A DNA stretch of 64,000 nt from a virus (taxonomy: Duplodnaviria; Caudoviricetes). Shown here piece by piece: positions 55,996 to 64,000 of the stretch. The stretch spans positions 416,001-480,000 of the IMG/VR virus record IMGVR_UViG_3300037484_000435. One strand, 5' to 3'. The translations under genes were made by a program, and so were the position numbers. The notes under the pieces are model-generated. The model was not told the DNA's origin and did no database searches. It saw nothing but the letters and a program-made list of their open reading frames with translations. Positions within the stretch are counted from its first letter, which is position 1. Every line of letters starts with the position of its first letter.

Positions 55996-56182
55996 ATTTT
56001 ATTTGTTTTAAACCTCTTTCGAGTATATACTTCCCTTCGAGACTGACCTCAGTGTTAGTAGGCTAGGGAGGCACCAGTAACACCCTTTAATGAAATTCAG
56101 TTGTCTTCAAACGTCCTTTTCAGAACTAGACCACTCTAATCTCCTCTTACGTTGCCTGAGCAAACCCCAAAGGGCAGTTAAC
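55996..56182 (-). ncRNA. omega RNA scaffold of isrB
   Basis: Begins GTTAACTGCCC (cf. typical GTCAACTACCC), contains CTCCCTAGCC and TCGAAGGGA blocks, directly upstream of the PLMP ORF. Confidence 0.75.
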
Positions 56183-56627
56183 CGCCTGCATCTTGTTTTG
56201 ATGATGCAAATGCTTGCAGGAGCTGTTTCACTTTATCACCTGTTGCTCGTCCTGCGAATTGAAGCATTATTGGCTTCATTGCTTGCATAACATTTTTATA
56301 TAGTGATAAATCTATATTTGTTTGTATCCACGCTAACACTTCAGCATCGGATACACTCGGGACGTCATCTGTTGCGGGCAGATAGGATTCCAAGAGTTCA
56401 ACTGTGCGGGCGTCAGGACTTGCTAAACTTTGCTCCTTTTTAAGAGTTTTCCTGATAATTGAGACAACTCTCTCGTCTGGAAGTTTCTTGTCGGGATACT
56501 TTAACAGTTCCTCGTCACTGAGGCGGGAGAACTCACCTACAATAAAACGTAGGATACCCAGTTTCTCCTTATCTGTCCCCCCGATTCCTTCACGCATGTC
56601 TTGTGTTATTTTTTCTTGTAAGCTCAT
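56178..56627 (-). CDS. GatB/YqeY-like protein
   Basis: LQEKITQDMRE..KEKLGILRFI..E, VVSIIRK, LESYLP, MKPIM..GRATGDKVKQLL. Confidence 0.75.
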   Translation of the reverse strand: MSLQEKITQDMREGIGGTDKEKLGILRFIVGEFSRLSDEELLKYPDKKLPDERVVSIIRKTLKKEQSLASPDARTVELLESYLPATDDVPSVSDAEVLAWIQTNIDLSLYKNVMQAMKPIMLQFAGRATGDKVKQLLQAFASSKQDAGG

Positions 56628-57413
56628 TCTGTTTCCTTAAAAATCACTGGAATCCAAAACCAATATTTGCTCACCGCCCCTTACATCTTCGAACTTAAGG
56701 GCGTCAATTTCTCCCCACCCAAATTCTGAATCCATGATATAAGGACGAATGTCTGGGTGCAAGTCATGAACCTTTTGTAGCCTCTCGATCAGTTCTGGGA
56801 TTGTCATAGTTTCATCCATCCTTGCGGTGTAAGTTTCTCAATTTTGGCTCCCCACTTAAGATAGCGGGAAATCACATTGATGATGTTATTATTTTCTTCA
56901 TGAACGATTTTTCTGGCGATGGGAGCACAGTCTACTACACGCATATCTGACGGATCCGTCTCAATGCCAAAGCAGGCTATGCCCCCATTCCTAAATGTTA
57001 TGTCTATACTATATAGCACGTTTAATCCTCAGGCACTCCACTTTATTACAATAGGATCGGCATCTGGGGTGCATAGATTCATTTGGTAGGCTCTCACCAC
57101 AAAGTTTGCAATGACGGCGATGTTTCGATGAAGTTCCTCATCCCCTATCATATCTCTATGCACGAGGAGATCAATAATGTTGTCTAGTGCTTCGTCCCAG
57201 TTGATCTTAACGATGCCCTCGGGTTGTGAGCAGGCTTCCAAGCCCAGTAATGCGGGAAGATCTTTTGCACTCCCACGTATATTGTAAGTAAGATTGAGCA
57301 ATTCCTTATTCAAATGACGATATTCAGGGTGTAGGTAACGCAAATAGCCCCAACAGCTGGCCAATATACCCCCTTTCGTAATCTGATAAGCCTCTATGTC
57401 AACGCCCATGTTA

Positions 57414-57791
57414 TTATCTCCATTCTTGTATTTGGAAAGTGTTGAACTTTGGGTCTGACCTACACATCAGACGGGCTTGGCCCACACCCATATGTCCCTT
57501 ACGCATCTTGATTTCAATCGGGTGTATGAACGCACGAACTGTTTTTGTTCTATGCATTTCCCGATGTTCTTCCATTTTCATCTTCACTAGGTTAAGTGGA
57601 TTATTGTTACCACTTCTACGGTCCCAATGATGAAGGTCCTCGTCAGGAGCAATAGGGTCGTCGGGATACATCAAAGTCCATATGAGAGTATGGTAACGCA
57701 TCCAACAACCCTTGTACTCGATAGATACTCTTCCATCTCGTTGGTGGTGGATTGTGCCATATCGGAAGAGCTTTTCAAGAGGAATAGCCAT
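57414..57791 (-). CDS. HNH homing-type endonuclease
   Basis: YHTLIW..DLHHWDRRSGNNNPLNLVKMKMEEHREMH. Confidence 0.7.
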   Translation of the reverse strand: MAIPLEKLFRYGTIHHQRDGRVSIEYKGCWMRYHTLIWTLMYPDDPIAPDEDLHHWDRRSGNNNPLNLVKMKMEEHREMHRTKTVRAFIHPIEIKMRKGHMGVGQARLMCRSDPKFNTFQIQEWR

Positions 57792-57973
57792 CTCGAAATC
57801 CTTTCGTCCTGATTAGGTAGGTGGCCAAAGCCACGCCACAATATCAACGGAGAACCACCCCACCAATAGGCTTATCACAACGACTAGCCACACGGGTGTT
57901 GCGACATATCCAATAAACGTACCCCAAATAACAGCAAGTAAGGTAGCTACAAGAAGCTCTTTATAAATCTGTT

Positions 57974-59131
57974 TCATCCTTTAACTACTCCTATCGGTGT
58001 TAACTTGGTCACAATCTTAACAAGGTCCTTTTGGTTTTCCATCACAGACTCAATATCCTTGTAAGCACCAGCAGCCTCGTCTAAGTCTTTCTCGTGGCGA
58101 ATCCCATGAACAACACCCAGATCATCCAGACGTTTAATTTCGTCCGCAAGATTTAAATTCTTTTTAGCCTGATTACGTCCCATCTTGCGTCCCGCACCGT
58201 GGCTACAACTATAAAAACTGTCGGGATTACCTAATCCCTCTACAATGTAGCTCGATGTCCCTTGGGAGCCTGGGATGATGCCAGCCTGTTTCTCTCGGGC
58301 AGAGGTCGCCCCCTTGCGATGTATATAAAGTTCCTTTCCGCCTATCTTTTCCAGCGATGCATAGTTATGTGCTATGTTGATGGGTTCTTGGAACTTCACC
58401 GGAGCGATTACTTCGAGAATGGCTGCCTCTACTTGATCTGCCATGACCTGTCGGTTCTGAAGGGCAAAGTCCACAGCATACTGCATTTCCAGAAGATACA
58501 GGTCGAAGTTAGGGTCTCCTTGCTCGAAGAATGCAAGGTCCCAACTTGGAGGTATGGGGTAGCCAGCCTTTTGGTTCTGGTCTTTAGCAATCTTATTATA
58601 GTGATCTGCGATCTGTTTTCCAAGATTTCGAGAACCTGAGTGGATCATATACCAGACATAACCATCTGAATCTACTTGTAATTCGAGGAAGTGGTTTCCA
58701 CCGCCTAAAGTACCTAATTGCACAGTAGCCTTTGGAAGCTCATGCTTGATAACAGGTAACTTATCAGGTGGTTTGTTTAACGGAGCAACACTGCTTTTGT
58801 GCCAATTGAATCCTACGGGCACACGCTGGCGAATGTTACCCATGACCGCTTTTACCTGATCACGTGTTATCTCTGTTATGCCTGTCTTGCACGCAAGCAT
58901 TCCACATCCAATATCAACCCCCACGGCATTCGGAATTACGACATTATCTAAAGCAATAACTCCACCTATTGGCATCCCAAAACCTTGGTGGGCATCGCTC
59001 ATGACCGCCACATGGTCAAATGCGAAGGGCAATTGGGCGAGGTTATCCACTTGAGTTCTGGCTCCTAGTTCTAGGTCAGGGCACCAACTGAAAACGGGAA
59101 CCCGATAAGTTTCTTTCTTGAATATATCCAC
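57974..59131 (-). CDS. rtcB: RNA-splicing/repair ligase RtcB
   Basis: MSDAHQGFGMPIGG, NAVGVDIGCG, GTLGGGNHF, HSGSRNLG, HRKGAT, SCSHGAGR. Confidence 0.97.
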   Translation of the reverse strand: MDIFKKETYRVPVFSWCPDLELGARTQVDNLAQLPFAFDHVAVMSDAHQGFGMPIGGVIALDNVVIPNAVGVDIGCGMLACKTGITEITRDQVKAVMGNIRQRVPVGFNWHKSSVAPLNKPPDKLPVIKHELPKATVQLGTLGGGNHFLELQVDSDGYVWYMIHSGSRNLGKQIADHYNKIAKDQNQKAGYPIPPSWDLAFFEQGDPNFDLYLLEMQYAVDFALQNRQVMADQVEAAILEVIAPVKFQEPINIAHNYASLEKIGGKELYIHRKGATSAREKQAGIIPGSQGTSSYIVEGLGNPDSFYSCSHGAGRKMGRNQAKKNLNLADEIKRLDDLGVVHGIRHEKDLDEAAGAYKDIESVMENQKDLVKIVTKLTPIGVVKG

Positions 59132-59141
59132 TATAACTCCT

Positions 59142-59894
59142 TTATAGACAGCAAGTTTCCCAATTAAGCATACGATCTAGTTTACAGAGTATCTCATCTG
59201 GAGAATTCTTATACTCTTCCTCCCAAACAATATACACACTATGCCCTAGCTCGTAAAGTTTATGCAACCTCTTTTCATCTCTTTGCCATATATCCTTAGC
59301 AAGGGTATTGTGGCCAGCGATATCGTTGGGCCCGTACATTCGTGGGTTCGCATGCCAAAAGTTTCCATAGAACTCTACGACAACGAGGTCATCCACAGTG
59401 ATAATATCAGGGAACAGCCACGCGTTTTTGTATCTGAGCGTTTTTTGCGTGATGTCTGGGTATAGGGCCGAGAGCTCGTCAAAGAACTTTTGTTCTATTT
59501 TGCTCCGATTACAAGAATAACTGTTTTTTGTTATTACCCCATCTTTCCAGTTTTTTGCCATACTTATACTACGAATGTCACGTTGTTCTGGATTCTGAGC
59601 ATACCATTCCTTAATCCTTTCTGACTGCTCTTCTTTAAACTTTTGCGGTCGCGGTTTAGAAACTGCATTTATCGTATAGGCACGATAGTCTGGATCCTGC
59701 CATCGCTGAGCTGTAGCTTTTCGCCTCCCCTCGTTTCCCTTCTCTATGTTTTCTTTAATGTGATGTTTCCCGTAAAAGGGATTATTTGCACCAGTACGGT
59801 CACGGTGGAGGTTACAATAACCTGATTTATTTTTATCTGACACACGTGCACCACATACTGGGCACGCCCTTCCTAATTTAAATGTTAATGTCAT
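59142..59894 (-). CDS. NUMOD3 plus Vsr/DUF559-like endonuclease (homing-type)
   Basis: GANNPFYGKHH; PDI..VVEFYGNFWHANP..WQRDEKR..YIVWEEE. Confidence 0.8.
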   Translation of the reverse strand: MTLTFKLGRACPVCGARVSDKNKSGYCNLHRDRTGANNPFYGKHHIKENIEKGNEGRRKATAQRWQDPDYRAYTINAVSKPRPQKFKEEQSERIKEWYAQNPEQRDIRSISMAKNWKDGVITKNSYSCNRSKIEQKFFDELSALYPDITQKTLRYKNAWLFPDIITVDDLVVVEFYGNFWHANPRMYGPNDIAGHNTLAKDIWQRDEKRLHKLYELGHSVYIVWEEEYKNSPDEILCKLDRMLNWETCCL

Positions 59895-62830
59895 TGTCTT
59901 TACTTATAAATTACCTCATACCTGACTCTCCTTTCTTTGAGTCTGAATTTTTATACATATGCAACCACTACATTATGTAGATGGCTACCCAATTTTTGTT
60001 TGAAATCACTCAAACACAGGGGTCTTCCTGACCTCATCCCGTGTTTTGTTGGTGTGTTCTCGCTTGCCACATAATTTGCATTTCCGATACCACCCACCAA
60101 AGGCACTGTCGGTATCACGGGAGGGGTCTAACCAACGGTGATTACACCTATTATGCATTTCCTCTTTGTCATACACAACCTCAGCCCAACCGTGTTCTGG
60201 GTCCCACGTGTGCCACGTAACATCTAGACGCATTTGCAAGAGATACTCAGGCATGTCTTCTTTCTTTTCATATACACTCTCAACATTCCACCCATCTAGC
60301 TCTCGAATAAAATCTTCGAAGCCTTCTTTGGTATAGTTGCGGAATGTTGTTGTATCGTAGACTTCCCAAGACTCGTCGCGGTGGTAGTAGTCGTCATAAG
60401 GATTGTAGATGACTATATACATGACCTACGTTCCCTCACTGAATGCTTCCTCGTGTTGTTTGAACCAAGCAATATCCGCCGCAAGTACACGGACGGTTTC
60501 TTCATGTAGCCAAACGATGGCAGAGTACTCGGTGGTAAATTGCTCGTTTATGTTAAAGTGTGGAGTATGTATTAGGATGGTGTTGTCTTTCTCAACCACC
60601 CTAAGAGGGATACTGGTCAAGAGTGTGTAGGCAGAAGCGAGTCTGCCTATGCGTGCATGGTCTGTAATTAACATGTGATAGGGCGGGCAGGCATCCGTAG
60701 ACGCCCACCCTTTCCTTTCTTAAGACTTGTATTTCTTGAGTTCGGTCTTCAGCCACTCATACAGTTCTTTGAACTCATCTGTGGCACAAGACATTGTTGT
60801 TCTGACACGAACCTCTTCTCGTAGCTCTTCAAGTTGTTCTAGTTCTGGATAGAGCAGTTTCTTCGCTTCTATCCTCGCTTTCTCCAAAGCGGTTCCGTGT
60901 CGACTTTCATAGTAATAGTGATCACGTGAGCACTTATTACCGTTGTAAGGGGCCATCTTGGCGTCAATATCTTCCAATTCTTTTTCGAGACGCACTTTCT
61001 TATCATAGAGGTCAACGGCCCCTAAAAGTTTCCAAGCTTCTCGCTCTTGTGCAACTCGGTCTACATTGGATTGGGCCTCATCAATGTGCTTGCCCACCAT
61101 ACGGACCAACATCTCTCGTTGCTCCTCCATGTACTTTACGCCAAACGATCTCTTCGACACTGTAACATTAGTTGTGCTATCCGCCATAATTCCCTTGCTT
61201 TGATGCGTAACGCATCTCCCTGTAGTAATCAAAGAACGCTTCTGCGTCCTCATGTTTCGCTGGGGCGGCATCGCCCCGATAAAGGGCTCCTGCCCCTTGG
61301 CACACTTCACATACTCCACCTTTAGGGTCCCACCCACTGCCGCGACATACTGTGCATACTCTAATCTTGTCGTACATTGGTTTTTCTCCTTTTTCTTTCG
61401 GTTGAGTAGGTTAAATTAACACCATAACGAGGCCAGCCACCAATTGGCTTCCTCCTTCTCCAGTCCCATATAAACTTTTGCTTTTTGTAGTTTTTCAGCC
61501 CACGCGGGCGTTACTTCCAGTGAGGTAATAATCTCGGGGCCACCTCTGTATGCAGTTGTTACTGAATCCTTTATTGCCAGTATATACATTGCGTAATCAC
61601 ACGAGCAATGAATTTCTAAGGTGCACCCAAATTTTTCTTCCAGCATATCTATGAGTGCATACTTATCAAAGTAACCATCTCCATCAATATGTTCTGGGAA
61701 CCTACTTTTGTAGTCAAAGTCTTCGTCCATGGATATGCCATAACAAAGTATAGCGTCTGTTGATTGGCCCATTTTACTCCTGTGTTGCGTAATTAACTAC
61801 AATACCCATAGGACCATCCTCAAATTTGCAGAACCAGAACCCCTTTATCTCGTGGTCTGGGGGACACCCGAATTCGGTATTAAGGAGTTGTGCTCCCAAC
61901 CAAGACTCGAACGTGATAATGCTTCTCTCGGTCTGTAATTTGCTGTAATCATCAACCCACGGTTTAAAGCAATCAGAGCAAATACGTTTACCCTTCTTTA
62001 CTTCATTGTCTAAACGAATGACTACTGGATGGCCCCCCACTATTTGTTTCTTGCACAGAGGACACCTCGTGTTATAATCACCTATATATTTCACTTACCA
62101 TCCTCGTAGTCGTCGTCTTCAAAATCCTCAGAGTCGATGTTCTCCATGTTTTCCTGTAGCTCTTCAAGTCTTTCAATTAAGCGACTACCAGCTTCTTGCA
62201 ATTCCACGCCCGCATCCTCAATCTCATCCAGTTTACGGACGTAGTCTTCCAGACTGTCTAGGTCGTCGCCTCCTATGTGGTATGCATCCAATTCACCACT
62301 TAATTCAATTATTCGTTCCTGCAGTTTATCCAATTGTTTTAACATATATCATATTGCTCCTTCAATACACGCCTCGCTTTCCTACAAGCTTTACGGCTGA
62401 TTTCTTTGCGTGCATCACCGTGGCTACCAGGTTTGCAATGCAATATCATCTGCTCCACTACATAGGCACGCGTTTTAACTTTTTTCCTTTTCTTGGCTCT
62501 CATTACGTCCTCCCGCATGCCCACATTAGTAGGGCAGTTAAATTGAAATTTTCATACTACTGAGGCAGGGTCTAAGTTCGTCTGCCTTTACTCTGACCGC
62601 ACACACAAAAGCAACAACATCATCTTGGTAGTCCATGTCTGGGTCATAGTGGTTAAAGTCAACATTTGTCTCATAGATAGCTTGGCTTATTTCAGGAGAA
62701 AAAATCATTTCATACTTTGTTTTCCATGAGGCGTCTGACTCGAAAATTATAACAGCCTTGTCCACAAGGCTAACAAACTTTTGAAACCTTTCCACAGCTC
62801 TGTTCCTTTCGTGAATTTCTTAGTGTTTCA

Positions 62831-63832
62831 TCAATCCAATACTCGGTCTGCCATTTCCAAAACACTTTCTTTAGTCTTCGCTCGTGCTTGAAAGCGGGCA
62901 CGATGACAAAAAACAGCGTCAGGTAGACCAGTAATCCTTGCAAACTCTGGACCTTCTTTGCCCGCCCAATCAACGGGGAGCAATTTCTTTGATGCAAACC
63001 TATCCCCTGACTCAGGAACAGATTGAATAACCCAGTTGTTTGCGGATTCATCAAAGAATACTACAAACAGAATTTCTGGGTATCTAGCAACAGTTTCCCC
63101 CCACATAGCATGTCGCTTAAGTATAAGTAATCTTGGGTCATTTTGCCTAGATGTCTCAATAGCACGCATTACTAGGTCTTGGTCAGTAACCCAGTAACGG
63201 GCCTTCTCAATCTCCCGAGTTAATATGCCTTGAGCTTGTTCTACTGTTTCCATAAATTGTTTATAGAGTATAGCGTCTATCTCGTTTTGAGATTTTCCTA
63301 CAAATGAAGCAGAGGGTGAGATGAACCCTGCGATAAAAGATTGCAGGTCGTATACTCGGTAAGGGGTGTGCGGTGTGTAAGTATCGGTTCCACAGTCAAC
63401 CGCGTCGATACTAGATAGAAGCTTATCATCTATCCTATTGAAAATTTTTTCATCCCCCACAAATTCTGGCCAGAAATGCTTCCCGACCAAGCCTACAGAG
63501 GCGTAAGGCCTACCGTCAGGGCGGGCCAAAGTAAAGTCGGGCATGTGATGATCGAAATCGGTTGGTGGGGCATATTTCATCCCTACATCTACTCGTATAT
63601 CGGCTGTCTGTAATAATTCTTTATCCCGAGTACGAATAACATCAGATTGCGGGTGCACTAGCAAAATTATAGCAACCGCAAAAATATCATCGGCGTGTGG
63701 TGTGCCGTTATGTGTAGCAATTAAAGTCAAAGGTGTATCCATCTGTTTAAATTTGGCTAAAGCTAGTCCTAATACAAGACCGATCCCGATTAGGACTAGC
63801 ACCGACGTAATCTTCTCAATTGTTTGTTTCAT
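62831..63832 (-). CDS. MYG1-family exonuclease with N-terminal hydrophobic anchor
   Basis: THNGTPHADD, RTRD..RVDVG, FDHH, YASVGLV, AVFCHRARF. Confidence 0.88.
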   Translation of the reverse strand: MKQTIEKITSVLVLIGIGLVLGLALAKFKQMDTPLTLIATHNGTPHADDIFAVAIILLVHPQSDVIRTRDKELLQTADIRVDVGMKYAPPTDFDHHMPDFTLARPDGRPYASVGLVGKHFWPEFVGDEKIFNRIDDKLLSSIDAVDCGTDTYTPHTPYRVYDLQSFIAGFISPSASFVGKSQNEIDAILYKQFMETVEQAQGILTREIEKARYWVTDQDLVMRAIETSRQNDPRLLILKRHAMWGETVARYPEILFVVFFDESANNWVIQSVPESGDRFASKKLLPVDWAGKEGPEFARITGLPDAVFCHRARFQARAKTKESVLEMADRVLD

Positions 63833-64000
63833 TACTCCTCTGGGAGGTTTAGAAGGGTTTCTTGGTTGTCCATCACGTAACGTTCTAGCACTTCAGGGTC
63901 ATTCTCAATAACCTCGCCGGTCACTAGATCGAATAAGTGGTTCAAAACCTTTCCAACCGTTCGGCTAGGCTTGACACTTAACAGTCGCATAACGTCATGC

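Larger units (their letters stand above)
19372..64000 (-). other. Co-oriented minus-strand block of phage-type genes
   Basis: Nearly all credible ORFs with an RBS are on -; the + ORFs in the track are shadows, except tnpB. Confidence 0.8.

Noticed and set aside
1-64000. CRISPR array
   Set aside because: No regularly spaced direct repeats. The dispersed hairpins are kilobases apart and vary in sequence.
1-64000. Stop-codon recoding
   Set aside because: Recognisable proteins are full length in the standard code, and TAA, TAG and TGA all end genes that abut the next gene.

Overview
The window looks like a non-structural segment of a large, probably lytic (jumbo-type) bacteriophage genome. It is densely packed with short ORFs carrying strong Shine-Dalgarno sites, and I see no capsid, tail, polymerase or housekeeping operons. 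Genes run on + from 1 to about 17.8 kb and on - from about 18 kb to the end; tnpB is the only clear exception. Recognisable proteins include an RNA repair/turnover set (RtcB, DRB0094-type RNA ligase, PNK-like kinase, MYG1, two RNase H-like, two DHH-like, a HicA-like RNase), two NADAR-superfamily proteins, HU, ClpP-like, YqeY-like, TAXI-like, an ATP-grasp protein, a sulfotransferase, HNH/LAGLIDADG/Vsr-like endonucleases, and two RNA-guided OMEGA nucleases (TnpB; IsrB with omega RNA) with no TnpA in the window. The most striking signal is non-coding. Between 18 and 38.6 kb, several ORF-poor intervals are full of nested stems on the - strand: a ~600-nt OLE-like RNA candidate (36455-37050), a ~570-nt stand-alone RNA with its own promoter-like site and terminator (18050-18620), a ~400-nt multi-stem RNA (32685-33083), and a ~480-nt region containing an anticodon-less tRNA-like module (34200-34680). 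These are interleaved with a dispersed, co-oriented hairpin element with covarying stems (9 full copies). RNA family assignments come from stems found by eye and motifs recalled from memory; they need covariance-model searches.
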